A DNA stretch of 63,962 nt, the filler included, from Reticulomyxa filosa (Eukaryota > Protista > Foraminifera): assembly GCA_000512085.1 (NCBI GenBank). It is 12 parts of 12 records of this genome, joined end to end, with 100 filler letters (N's around TTAATTAATTAA, not from the genome) between each part and the next. Parts side by side here need not be neighbours in the genome. Positions count along the whole stretch, not along the records: positions 1 to 9,741 come from ASPP01000928.1; positions 9,842 to 17,979 come from ASPP01007924.1; 10 more parts are not named here. One strand, 5' to 3'. Each line of letters opens with the position of its first letter. Position 1 is the stretch's first letter. The notes beneath the pieces were generated by a model. The model was not told where the DNA came from. It was given only the letters and a program-made list of their open reading frames with translations, and did no database searches. Shown here in pieces: positions 1-12,771 of this stretch. Both the position numbers and the translations under genes were made by a program.

Positions 1-1075
1 TTTTTTTTTAAAAATGAGTAAGAAGTAATAACAAACAAATTAATGACATGAAAACTTGGAATGACAAGTATTGACCAAAGGAACAAAATTCATAAATACA
101 AACTAAACTAAAGACTTCAAATCAGGATATTTGAAAAAAAATAAAAGAAAACAGCACACAAACACTTTTTTTAGAGGTATGTTGAAGTTCTATAATTAAA
201 AAGTCATTGACAAATCAAAAGTATTTATTAAGATAGCAGCTTGCTGTTTAAATTTGCAATAGATTAAATCTTATCATTTTATAAATTCAATACATTCCTA
301 TTTTTATTTACATCTGTGCTCATGAAATGTCCTACTTAATAAATTCATTCCAATTTTGGGTCTATAATATATTTTATCTTTGGTACTTCAAAGTTATGCA
401 TTATCCTTTTGAAAGGGTCAATAGTTTGCGAAACATACCTTTGGCACTTTTTGTGAAAAGAAAAATTCTGTCCATAAAAACCATCATAACAAAAAAATTA
501 AATAAATCAAAAAATTCATCACCCTTTAGAACGTTTGTCAGAATCTGATGAACTCGTGCCAGAGTTGGAAAGAACCAATAACTTACAAAAATTTTTTCGG
601 TGCTGCCTCAACCAGGCAAAGGAGGTGGTATGTAGTGATACTACTTACGTTACAATGTGATCAGAATGACTCCAAATGTGTCACTTTTCATTTTAATCTA
701 AACCAACAAAATCATTTTCACTTTCATCATAGCTTTCAACTATAAAATTCATTTAATTATTGCTCACATTTATTGGTAGTGAAATAACTTTTTAATTTTT
801 AACAAAATAAAAGCAACAAGTGCTTTGACTTGTTAATCTTCAATGTAATGGGTCATATTCAAGATTGTTTGTTTTTGTATATTAATCAAATTGAACATTT
901 AAAGTTAGATTTACAAAATTTTTTATTAACATGGTATAATCACTTTTTGTGCACAGTCTTTAAAAATATGAAAAACAAATAAATAAAGTTATCTGAAGAA
1001 ATAAACTTTCCGTTTGGGGTTGTGATTTGTGGTTCAGAGGGACGAGAATATTTCAGAAAAAGCAAAAAAAACTTG

Positions 1076-2301
1076 ATGATGAGGATTAAAAAAAATGTGT
1101 GGAATATCCAATTCAGCCAAAAAAAGTTGCAAATACCGATGAATATGCTGGTATGGAAACGCAATTACCTAGGGATAGGCTCGCAGTCCTCGAATATCGA
1201 TCCATGGAAAGACTGGGACGCAAAAAAGCGTCCTCGAGGGGATCCTTCACGTCGACACGTGTCCCCGTACGACAGTGAGAGAGATCTGTCGAAATTGTTG
1301 CATGAAAAGGAAGAAGCGGAGGAAAGCAAAACAGATAGTGGAGAGAAAGAGACATCGTCCAATCCTCTAGCAAACTATCCCCCTCCTCCAGTAGAAAAAA
1401 GAACAAAAGAAAATACGCAATGGCAAAAGTCCGAAGCAAGACAATCCACATCGACCGACGATAGCACATCCAAATCAAAATTGACAGAAGAGCAAAGACA
1501 AGAAGTTCGTGAAACTATGCGAAAAGAAATGGATTTGGGACACGTTCAAATTGATCCATTGACCTTTCGAAAACTGATTCCTCATGGCACTGCCTCACAA
1601 AGTGAAATCGAAGAGACAATAATTGCAGAAAATATCGAATGGAAAGGCGTCCATTGGAGCGAACGACATTATCCGGCGAAACAAGGAGAAATGGTCATTC
1701 GCGCACGACCACCCGAAGTCAAACGTTTGTTGGAACAAAGCAAACCCCCACCAAAGCCACATCTTCGTCAAATGTATGAAGTTCGACCTGGAGGCAAGGC
1801 TTATCCCTATTTCTACGATCCAAAACAAGGTAGGTGTAATGCTATGTATATACATATATATATATATATATGTATATATTATCTATTTTCTTTTTTTTTT
1901 TTTTTTTAGTTAGCAGCTAGTTGGTTGTGCATATTGAAAGGAAAGTATAACATAACATATATGCTGGTTTATGTTTTGAATTGGGACTATACCACTTGAA
2001 TCAAGGCATAGACCGTTCACACTTGAATGTGCCTCAAGACCATGATAGTAGAGTCGCGAGGGTTCAACATATTCATAGCTTGCATAAACAAACGGGATTG
2101 GATTACAGCGAATGTGCACTAGCTTATGACAGATGCCAAGGCCAATATATGATGGCTTTAGACTCCTTGAGAGAAGATCAAGTCCAAAAATTAGTTAAAT
2201 TATCTGGTAAATCCAAGGATATTTGTAAAAAAGTTTTCGATCAGTGTTTGGGTGACTTCAACAAAACTTTAAGAAAATTAGAATTTTACAAAGGGGGCTA
2301 G
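1076..2301 (+). CDS. Putative mitochondrion-targeted protein with two C-terminal UBA-like (EF-Ts N-terminal-type) repeats
   Basis: Exon 1 is 1076-1829. A phase-1 GT-AG intron (1830-2005, or to 2011) joins it in frame to ORF 1981..2301. The C-terminus has IHSLHKQTGLDYSECALAYDRCQGQYMMALDSLRE and VQKLVKLSGKSKDICKKVFDQCLGDFNKTLRKL. The N-terminus is basic and acid-free, ending ...WKRNY|L. Confidence 0.6.
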
Positions 2302-2862
2302 TCTACTTTTTTCTCACTAAAAAATAAAATAACTTTAAAAAATTGAATAATTATTTCAATTAAATATCTTCAAATCTAACAAATTTCGATCACAACAACG
2401 TTAAAAATGTTATCAATGTACAATTTGTTAAGTATATAGACGATGAATTAAATTACTGTCACATACCATGACATACTGCAGACCTAAACTGATTGATTAC
2501 CGCATTATTACTCTACTTATGCTTAAAAATACAACTAGTCCTTATGATGGACAGCGTTAATACGTCCAAAAAAATTAAAACAAGCGTTTCGTTTAAATTT
2601 TATAATTTTTTGAATGGATAAGTAATGACGCACTTTCGCAAGAAAAACTATATTTTTCGCTTCCGTCAGACTAATTAAAGCAGAAGTTATATTGTTTTTC
2701 AGATCTTAATACAGAATTTTTAACAGACATGGATGCTCATTTTATCAAATAATTGTTTGGTTTGGCTGTATCAAGAAAATGTCCAATGTCAAAGACAATC
2801 ATTTGTTTATAAAGATCAATTACGACAATTATAGTGAGATAAAACGATTTGATTTTAGTACG

Positions 2863-3321
2863 TGTAGTACTAATCATTGTCAGAAATCCAAGTAAACATC
2901 AGAACTTTCTTTATTCTGGTTCAAACTCACTTCACTAATCAGTTTTTTGTTCTTCGTACTTTTGCTTGTTTGTTTTGGATTATTATTTTCTCTTTATTTA
3001 ACAAATTTCGTTTTGTTGAAAGTTTGCTCATGATAGCTACTTAACCTTGTAGGGAGTCTACAGTGAAGAGCTTCACTAAATGTAATACGAAATAGTGTTA
3101 CTCTCAATGAGAGTGACTTTCAGTAAACAAAAGTAAATTAAAGAATAAATCAAAGACAAAAGAAGCAAGAGAGAAAACAAGTAAGAGGTAGTTTGTTGAT
3201 GAGGTTTAACACAAAGTGAGCTCATCAGTTCCATAAGCGTTCAGCCATGTGTGATAAGGGCTTGCCCTACAACATTCATATTACACTTTGCACAGTTCTT
3301 TTCAATAACAGACATTCCCCA
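2863..3321 (+). mobile_element. Older diverged copy of the same LTR-like family, interrupted by the 3048-3271 copy
   Basis: 2863 begins TGTAG. 2921-3030 resembles the T-rich middle of 44712-44938. 3272-3321 (ATTCATATTACAC...GACATTCCCCA) resembles its 3' end. Confidence 0.5.
3048..3271 (-). mobile_element. Solo-LTR-like element, 224 bp, TGTAGGG...CCCTACA termini
   Basis: 7-bp terminal inverted repeat. Flanks ACCT/ACAT look like a decayed 4-bp TSD. The reverse complement aligns end to end with 44712-44938 (shared TGTAGGGCAAG, CTGAACG, CTCATCAAC, TTTAATTTACTTTTGTTT, TTTCGTATTACATTTAGT). Confidence 0.8.
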
Positions 3322-4214
3322 ATAATATGCGCTAATATAATACATCTTCGTGTCTTCATCATGATGTTGCAAACATTAGCACCTTTTGCATTTCTAATAC
3401 ATAACAATTTTATTAGTAGTTTTAAAAGAAAAATTCTTTAATTAAATCAAATAAAGATTACAACATATATATGCAAAGTATGTAAATATAATAATTAGCC
3501 TTTTTATTTATTCATGTATGTATATTGAGATAACTATTGGTTTTAACTCACGTGAATATATTTAACATTGAAATAAAAGAGAAAATCAAATTATTGAACA
3601 ATTAGCCAAATATAAACAAACAACATTAACCTTTAATCAATTAGTTCAACTTATTTATGTTGATACTCCTTTACATTTATATTATGCTGCTGAAAAAAAT
3701 GTTTTAAATAAGGTACAAAAATTATCTAATTATAAATGTATTCTTATTCCAACATTTCAAAATAAAAATTATTGATCAAATAAAAAAATATTCTTGTAAA
3801 CAAAAAAGATTTTTGACCATATAATCAAAGCATTTATTAAAATCAATATAAACTCAATCTTAAGAATAGTAATTGTTTTGAAATTTGATAATATAAAGTA
3901 TTACTTTATTCATAAATCTAACAATTGCTAAGCTATTATAATATTTCTTGGAGATTCTATACAAAATTTCAGATTTGACTGATCCAATTTTATTTGTTAA
4001 AAGACCATGTGAATTTTTGTAAAAAAAAAGGATTTACATAAATCAATTCGGTGGTTTCTTTGATTGCTTTTTCAATTTTTGAACGATCTGTTTCTTTCAT
4101 TTGATTTTTGAATTTATGATATATAATTTTATATAGAAAGTAACTTGAACAAAGTAAAATAAACACACTTTAATTTCTTGTTCCATAAAAAAATAAGTTA
4201 ACACCACGAACAAA

Positions 4215-4460
4215 TCAATTGACAATAATCAAATATTTTATAATCAATACTTTGCAAAGCTCCAGTATGTCCGGCCAATGTATTGCATAATTTGAATGAT
4301 TATCAAAATATATTGAACAGAAACATAGTAGATTGTATAATAAATATTTTATATTTTGATTTGTATTTAAAAAAAAAAACACAAATAAATTAATATAATT
4401 GATAACAAGTTTATCAAACTCATTGATCCATCCAAATTTAATTTGTAATATACGAATCAA
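4215..4460 (-). pseudogene. Remnant of the expanded WD40/Kelch family N-terminal module
   Basis: IRILQIKFGWINEFDKLVINY motif. The flanking frames are broken by stops. Confidence 0.55.
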
Positions 4461-6213
4461 ATATCGTATTATTAATGTAATCTTTTCTTCTTTAATAAAG
4501 CTTATTAATGATAACTGTTTTGAAATTTAGTTCTTATTGTTAATACTTATCTTTTTTTGGTTTATAATCGCCATTTTGAAATATTTATTATAATTATCAG
4601 TCCTATTCTTATCTGCTTCAAATCCAATAAATGATTTTATTTCATGTATGATTTTATCATTTCTAATTTTCAATTTTTTTTCATCTTCAGTATAATCTTC
4701 ACTAAAAAATATTCATAATCATATTCTTTATCTTCATAATATTAATTATAGTAATTATCATTATTGTAATTATTTTATTATTTTATTATTTTCATAATCT
4801 TCGTCACTTTCATCATCTTCATAATCTTCGGCATCGATCTGTGATGTCGAATTTTTCAAATATTGATTACATTCGCTACATAACATACTGTTATATCCAT
4901 ATTAGAAAACAACAAAAAAAATTTGCCAAATATATTGTCAATTTAATCACAAATGAAGATTCAAACAAATTTTGCTTTGTTCAAAAGTTATCAAAAATAA
5001 AAAAAGTAATTCGCATTGTTATCTCTATGTTATATAAATTCTAAACTCGATGTTAATTGTAACATTTTTATTATATTTGAAGCTTTTTTTCATATATGTA
5101 TATCACACTTTTTAAACAAAAAAATTATTATTTTCATTTATTAACCTTTACACACATGAATTCGGACACAAATTTTTGCAATATTCCAATATATCCTCCA
5201 ACATATATTTATGCAAATCATTGTTATTCTGTTGTTTACTAATGCATAACATATTTTTTAAAAATCTTGACATAATTTGATTTGATACAGTTATCTCCAT
5301 TTTACAATCATTCAGCTGACAAGACGATTGATGACAAATTCGTCTTTGTACATATTTATTTTTTACAAGAATAAGTACAAATTTCATATTTGTTCTAATA
5401 TTATCATTTGTTAATAATTCATCCTTTGTTTTATATTACATATTTCTATTTTCAACACAAAATTCCAAAACAATTTCACTACAATTTCTTTTTTTCATGT
5501 TTTCAACATACAAAATACTCTTAACAATATTTCGTTATCATTTAATACAAACTTTTATTTTATTGCTAAACATAAAGCTTTGAAGAATCAAAACATTACA
5601 GATATTCGTTCCCTAAAAACACAAAATCAACACATGTCAAAAGATTAGATAAACTCATTTCTTAGATTGTCTATTATAATTATTGCAAGGACAACTTAGT
5701 AATAATTTTTTTTTGGAGTCAGCTAGAGTTTTTTTACTTTCCATTTAATGAACACTTTTTTTTGAGAAAAAAATGAAACTTTTAGCAGTAATATTTATAC
5801 AAAATAGTATTTTCAAATTTCTTGAGTAAGAGAACATTTTCAATGTGGCATAATGTGTATTTTGCAGTCTCGGCTACAGTAACCTTTTTTTTTTTTGTGT
5901 AACTTTGATACATTTAATATTTAGCAAAGCTGTCACTGTAAAAGTACAATCTTAAAAATTTCAAAATTCAACTCATAATTCAAGTATTATGACATTTTCT
6001 TAGTGTCTGCGTTACGTGTAAAAGGTGGTCCGAGTACAGTATAGAATCATATTAAACTCCAAAACTCAATGTGTCTTTAAATATAGCGGAATAAAGGCCC
6101 AAAAACCAAAAAAATTTCAGTAACTAATACCATATGTCACGAACATACAACAAACCTTCCGAGTTTGCACTCAAAAACCCAAATACACAAAAATATGTTT
6201 GAATTTTACAAAA

Positions 6214-9200
6214 TTAATCTTCTTCCAATAACGCGTCAACAATCTTATCCCATTCCATTCTCATTTTCTCTGATTGCATTTTTTTCATATGACCTTCAAT
6301 TAGTTTGTCCTATTTACCATTATTTGATATTGTTGGTTATAATCGAACAAAATGAGTACACTTAATACACACGTAACATCAATGAATGGTGAATTCAATT
6401 CATCCTTGAGTAGCTTTTTGACAGTTGAGGAATCGTGGAATAGGCTATTTATGTCATTGGACTTCGTTGCCTCTGGTGTTTGATATTTTGAATTTAAATC
6501 TTTTTTTTTGAGAACCGCTTTTGCGTTAGGACGCAAATAGGCATTCGATCCCACACTTTTTTGTCTAGAATTTTCATGTTTCTTATTATTCTCATTTTCG
6601 GATAAAACCTCATCATCAGCAATTTGACGATGTTTTGCAGAGTTTGTTTCTGAAACGACACAGCCAAGCAGACAAAATGCATTGAAATGTTTGATCAGTG
6701 AACAAATAAAAAAGTGACACACCATGCATATCCTCATCACTTTGTTCTCTGCTATTCCCCTTTGCAGACTGAGGAGCATGTCGTAGTGGGATGGCTTCTG
6801 TCTCCTCTTTTTTGCTTTTTTTTTTTTTTTTTGGGTTGATTTTCTTTGTCGTCGATCTGATGTCTATCTATCATTTCGATATCCGACGATACTTTTTCGT
6901 CATTATCATAGCCGTTACGTTTGTTGGGCTTATTGTTCGATGTCTCAGTCTTTCTTTTTTTGCGTACGCCTTCGTCCTCTGATCCGCGTGAGCGCGCGCG
7001 TCTATGTCCAACATCATACAGTTTTGCTTACCATAAGGATAACTTTTGATAAAGCAAAACAAAGAATGCATAAAATAATTTTAAAAAAAAGAGCAACAAA
7101 CTTTTTTGCTTTGTTTTGTTTGGAGACAGGCGCTTGGTTTTTTGCTTGGCGCTTTTGCCAGTGGAGGCCTTGGACTGTTTACCATCATTTGGATTTGTAG
7201 CTTTGCGTTGCTTTTTTTGGTGTGACGAGCCCGAGTTTGCTGTTCCTCGTTGCCGAGCTGATTTTGATTTGCTTGTGTGGCTATCGGAGCAGACTTTTTT
7301 TTTAATGTTTGGTTGAATATACTTTTCAACAAAGGAAAAATACAGTGTGAACACATTACAATAGAATCACAAAGTTGCCATACTTGATGAGTTGTCATCA
7401 ATTGGTTCGAGATCATCTTCGGCGTTATTGTTAGTGTCAATTGTCTGCGGACGCATCTTTGCTTCGTTGACGCTATTTTCATAGTCGGATAACGATAGAT
7501 CCGCCTCCCTCGATTGCCTTTCTCGTATGAATGCCAATCGTTCGTCTTCGTCGTCCATGAATTCCAAGTGCTGGGTTACAATGTGTTGAATACGTTGTTG
7601 TCTCAAAGTATTCAACGGCCCCAGTTCGTCTTGGTTCAATTTTATATCTGGTTTGTCGTCTGCCGCGTCTAATTTCTCCTTAAATTTATCCATCCATTTT
7701 TTGGCGACTTTGTCATGATTTGTCGCGAGTGCCGACTGTGCTTGCCATGTCAATATTTTGTACTTTTTAATGTTGTCGCCTTTTTTCCCGTTCAACTCTA
7801 GTTTTGCGAGTAACTTTGCCAAGGCTCTCACGCTCTCGCAGAGTGGATTCGCTTCGATCTCGAACAACGTCTCAAGTGCCAACTGTTCGTGGAGAGTCAA
7901 GGACGTACCTTTGACAACAACACCAATTTTTTTTTTTTTTTTTTTCGACACAAGTCAACAACGACAACAATAACAATAACAACAAAAACAAACTGTCTTG
8001 GACTGGCATGCAAGAGTCGGCGCCGGCGCCCAATAGCCATAAGAAATGATCGACAACATTCGACAACGACACTCCACGCAAAGGAGAGTCTTTGGCAGCG
8101 TATGCAATGCTTCGAATGCATGGCATCAAACACGAGACGATGAGCTGTCTATTTGCAGGGAAGATGTTGTAATCACAAAATTTGCTCCAAAATACACTCA
8201 ATGTCTGACAGATTTGATCTGTTTCGTCACTTTTTATTGCAGGATTGTGAAACAATAAGAACAGCTGGGTTAATATTTCTGTCGAGTAATATTTTAAACG
8301 ATTCAAAAAGAGCAATTTGCAAAACCCCTCTGTGGCACAATTCAGCAAATTTTGGTCACTGCTTTGCAAATAATCTTTCAATATTTCGACAATCTGGAGT
8401 ATGCACATGCACACATGCAAAACTGTTGTCAATGAGGGTAATACATATTTATATATCGGAGTGTCAAAAAAAAAAAAAATAATAATAATAATAAGAAGAA
8501 AACTTCTTTAGCAGAATTGATGGTATTTGGTGGCTGTGATTTTTCATCTCCCGATCCATCATTATGTTCGTCTAGTTTCATGTCGTGCTCATGTTCGTGT
8601 TTGTCGATTTGCATCTCCTGTTCCGAGAACAGGTCATAGATCAATAAAAAGTCAAACAGCGCTTTCATAGCAATCAAGCTCTCTTGTGGGAAGTCGTCAT
8701 TGCGCAAGGCCTGTGGTCGCGTGCACCAAACAAGACAAGCGATACGTTTGAAATCAAACAAATCGAAGAGAAGAGAATAGAAGAGAGTGCACATAACATT
8801 AAAAAACAATTGAATGTTCTTCTCAGCGATGCGTTTGTCCAGACAGCAAAATAACGTAAAGGCTTTAATGGCTGACACACGAACGACTTCGAGATCATGG
8901 AACAGCGCTTGAGCGACAACACTATTGCACAACGGCTGAATCAAATGATGCTTCCAGTCTTTTCGAGTGAACTCAAACAAATCGCTGGCAATGCATATAA
9001 CCCGTTGCCAAATGGCAACGTCTTTTTCTTCCTTCCGTGTCAACTGCTCGTTGACTTGTTGGATCTGTTCTTCTGTCTCTTGGAGCTTGGCATTGAGTTG
9101 CGACCATTGACTACCTGTGACAGTTATGTGTGTGTATGTGTGTGTGTTGGATTGTTGTATCGTTGACACAAAGTGCAAAAAAAAAAAAGCGAGACGCGAT

Positions 9201-9695
9201 AATACCTTTGTGATTTTTAATTCTTTGCAACGACTGTTCCAAATGCTGCTTGTCATTTGTCAGCTGTTCCAACTGTTCCATCAATCGATCGCGTTGACGC
9301 ATGTCCTCCTCCATCTCTGCAGCTTCGCCCAAAGGGTCGCGAATGTCGTCCACGGTTTCGACGACGAGTCGAATAAACTCGTCTTCGTCCGATTCCCCGT
9401 GGATTTGTGCGCGCAGCAATTTCATGACCACGGGTACCAAGTCGTCGCTCACGCTGACATTCTTCAATAGCTCGATGCAGCAATTGGACAAGCTGCTGCG
9501 ACTGAACTCGTCCTGTAAGTTCAGGTAGGACGCTACTTGCAGCAGTTGCTTGCAAATGAAGCCACGGCGCAACGAGTGCTCCACGATCTTCACAAAGTCC
9601 ACCGCGTCGCACAGTATATTTTCCAGCATTTCCGTTTGCTTCTTTCGTCTGAGATGTTGGCACAGCACACGCCAATACAATGTCTGTTTCCACAC
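6214..9695 (-). CDS. NCAPG: Condensin complex subunit 3 (CAP-G/Ycg1/Cnd3), multi-exon, 5'-truncated at contig end
   Basis: Motifs FICKQLLQVASYLNLQDEFSR, VRVSAIKAFTLFC, AMKALFDFLLIY, ATEGFCKLL and LFLLFHNP...QICQTLSVFW are typical of the CAP-G HEAT region. GT-AG introns (e.g. 8711-8797) join the ORFs. The low-complexity tail probably ends ...VDALLEED* at 6214; the tail assignment is less certain. Confidence 0.88.
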
Positions 9696-9741
9696 ATTCG
9701 TATGTCACCTTTGTTTTGTGTTTGGTTTTTTTTTTATTTTT

Positions 9742-9841
9742 NNNNNNNNNNNNNNNNNNNNNNNNNNNNNNNNNNNNNNNNNNNNTTAATTAATTAANNN
9801 NNNNNNNNNNNNNNNNNNNNNNNNNNNNNNNNNNNNNNNNN
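9742..9841. other. Artificial contig-joining spacer (N44-TTAATTAATTAA-N44)
   Basis: The identical 100-bp spacer, with stops in all six frames, also occurs at 17980-18079, 22714-22813, 24119-24218, 25909-26008, 29737-29836, 33395-33494, 49315-49414, 51728-51827, 60008-60107 and 62398-62497. Many contigs end in intronic homopolymers or microsatellites. Confidence 0.99.
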
Positions 9842-9859
9842 AAAAAAAAAAAAAAAAAT

Positions 9860-11513
9860 GTGACGGGTGAAAAGGTACAATCAATGTATGAAGAGATAAC
9901 AGCCTCACAAAATGACAAAAAGAATGAAAGGAAACGAAAAGAAAAATATGAAGAATACATGAGATATCGACAAGAGTTGATCGAACTCTTTGTCCAATTT
10001 GAATCATTGCAGAAAGAGTGTCTGCGCCAATGTGATGTAGTTGTTGCACATGTGTCTGACACAACCACTCCCGTTGGCAATGACTTAACTTGCAAAAGTC
10101 CTTCTCCACTTCAAATGCAAGACCACATTGCTAGCTCCGTTAATCAGGTATTTTTTTTTTTTTTTTTTTGTTAGACATATTATACATTTGTGTATGCATA
10201 CATACGTAAATAAACGCCTTCAAAAAAAAAAAAAAATGAAAAGAATGGAGATACTGTAAGCGTTTCCCAAATCCAACAACATCTCAATGTTGACGAAAAT
10301 GCAACTGTGCAACCAATACAAATGCTGACATGCGAAACAACGATACAAACAAAAAACGAAGAAAAGACGAATAATATGGACGCAATGTGTGTAGCAGAAG
10401 CCGATGAAATAGCTGAGGGCTGCGTGGCTGCTGCAGTATGCGATGCAGCTGCTGCGATACAAACGCAGATGGAATCTGCAAGTTTTTATTTAAAATAAAA
10501 ATTGTTGTTGTTTATCGGCAAGAGCAAATGTATAATTGTCTAATTGTGTTATTTTTGAAATTGGAAAGCAAAAACAAGTCCAGAAAAAAATCAAGAAGGA
10601 CAATTTGAAACGGTTGGATTGACAACGGACAAAGATGTAAACGAATCCTATGAAGCAATAAAGAGAGTACATAGCGATCGAAACACGCTGGAAGAGGATA
10701 GAAACACAACTGCTCGCAAAGAAGCGAGTGCGAACAACACAGAACCGTCCAGCACTTGTTCTAGTACGTTTGATCATACCAGTGTAAACGCGCAGTCACC
10801 GCTTTTGGATAGTTTGACAACTCAAGGAGAAAATGGTATGAATGATTTTTTTTGCTTCTTGCTGAATTGAAAAATCCTGACATGGTATAGAAAACAAATA
10901 ATAGATTTTGAGTCTAACCAAACCATTGAACCGGGTCCATTTCATAGAACAACACAAAGTTGGGCGAAGTATCAGATATCTTATGTAAAAAAACAAGCAG
11001 ATACCAAGGGATGACATAGTTTCAACTTTGAGGTTGTTTTGAATCACACTTTTTGTTGGGAGGGGAGGGGGGGACAATTGCGAAAACAGATCAAAAGGAT
11101 ATTCGTGCTGAAAAACCACAGACTCCATTGAGAAATCAATCCATCGAAGTTAAAAAAAAAAGTAAAGGATGAAACACATTAAAAATACATAACACTCTTT
11201 CATAGTTTGAAAAACAATGTCTGAACAAATAACTAAACCGACACAGGCCGATTGCAACATGAGTTTGTCTCAGTCGAATGTAGAAGAAAAGGAACATGAC
11301 AAGGTAACTCCTGAAATGCATTGCGGTCAAATAAATAAAAGTGCCAACTTCAATGCGAAGCACCAAAAGATCGATCATGGCTTAGCAAGGCTGCCTGGCA
11401 AAAGACTGTTAGAGATACAAGAACTTTTCTCACCAACAACAACCAGTTGTCATACTCAGTTCCAAACACAGTTTTCTTGTAGCAAGTTTAGTGCACACAA
11501 TTCTGTTTCTTAA
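9860..11513 (+). CDS. Uncharacterised multi-exon coiled-coil/low-complexity protein (partial)
   Basis: ORFs 9860, 10307, 10619 and 11217 have coding-like composition. A phase-0 intron 10148-10243 joins the first two in frame. Confidence 0.5.
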
Positions 11514-12033
11514 CAGTACAATAATTTATTACTAATAAAATAGGGTTCCCTTAAAACGAGCGTTCACTTGCTTGGATACTGACCCCGGTAATCAAACCCA
11601 ACGAAAGCGAAGACGAATTATTGATTAAAATATTTTTCGAGTATTTATGACAAAATTGATTAAACAGTGTAAGAATTTTGTTTGAAGTGAAGTGCCCACT
11701 CAAACAAATTATTTAATTTATTTCTGGTTAGTAAAGTTCCTCTTTTTCATCAGCAAACTGCTTTGCTTCCAATTAAAATTAATTGAGTGCAAGAAATTTG
11801 AGCCACCAACTTTTTTCTATGATCGAAGTCCGAAGAGTGTAAAAATCCCCCTTATTTATTTGTCCCTTCGTTATCCGTACTGAGAAACACTTTTCCACCC
11901 CACAAAATCGACAATCCGTGATCGCCGAAAGAAATTTTGTCAGCATTATTTTGCAAAGTCCTTTTTTGCGAGTTGGGTTCCAAAAAACATGAAATTTGCC
12001 AACAATGAAAAAAAAAACATTTGTGTAATTTTA

Positions 12034-12771
12034 TTATTGAATTTTGGTCTTGTCTGCCCATCCATTTGGGGCAGCATCTTGACTCCACAAACTGTCACAT
12101 TTTCCAAGAAGTTTTTCAAAATTTTCTTTTGAATAAGGTCCGCTGCCAAATTCTTTGGAAAAATCACTAGATTTCTTTTTATCAGCTTTTTCAACGTCAT
12201 CCAAGAGCCTTTCAGTTAGTGCTTGGTATGCGAATTTTTCATTTACGAAAACTCCTAATACATCGGCACTGGAATCTTTTTTTTAAAAAATCACAACCAA
12301 TCAAAATGTATTCGTAAAAATCCGATTATTACGTACACTACCTCAAAAAACCTCAGCAACATAAAAATATTTTCTGTTATTACCTGCGCTGGATTTATCA
12401 GCAGGTCCGAGGTACATTGCAACCCAAACAACTACACCAGTTGCACGAGTTTTTTTTTCACCTCTTTTTTTACTTTTTCTTTGGTGGGGCAGCTATTTCA
12501 CCACGAAGGCGTTGCAGTAAAACATCTTTTTTGCATTGGTGTTGTCAAGGTTTCGCAGTTTTAATTCCGCCATTAGTTGTTTTCCAGTCATTTCTTCTTT
12601 GTATTCAACTTCAACATCTTTTGTTTTCAAAAGTTCTTCCAGTTGCTCTCGCTTTGGCGGCAAGTCAACAGCCCCTCTTGTTTGTAGCAATGTACGAATA
12701 TCCTTTGCATTTAATCTTGCAAAATTTACCTCTGACCAGTCATTTCCTTCTGCCTTTTTTCTTTTTGACAT
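12034..12771 (-). CDS. Small protein with tandem SAP/HeH-like motifs (needs two compensating 1-nt indels in A-runs)
   Basis: LNAKDIRTLLQTRGAVDLPPKREQLEELL, and MTGKQLMAELKLRNLDNTNAKK[+A]DVLLQRLRG which fits the SAP consensus. A GT-AG intron (~12276-12383) leads to a last exon DSSADVLGVF...WADKTKIQ*. Confidence 0.65.

Noticed and set aside
8711-8797. Hydrophobic inserts within long ORFs (also ~27807-27895 and ~32718-32807)
   Set aside because: Stop-free GT-AG introns read through in frame, not transmembrane segments.
6214-9695. Possible non-standard genetic code
   Set aside because: Conserved genes reconstruct with the standard code once introns are removed, and they end in TAA, TAG or TGA.
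9786-9797. Repeated TTAATTAATTAA motif between N-runs
   Set aside because: Synthetic six-frame-stop contig spacer, not biological.
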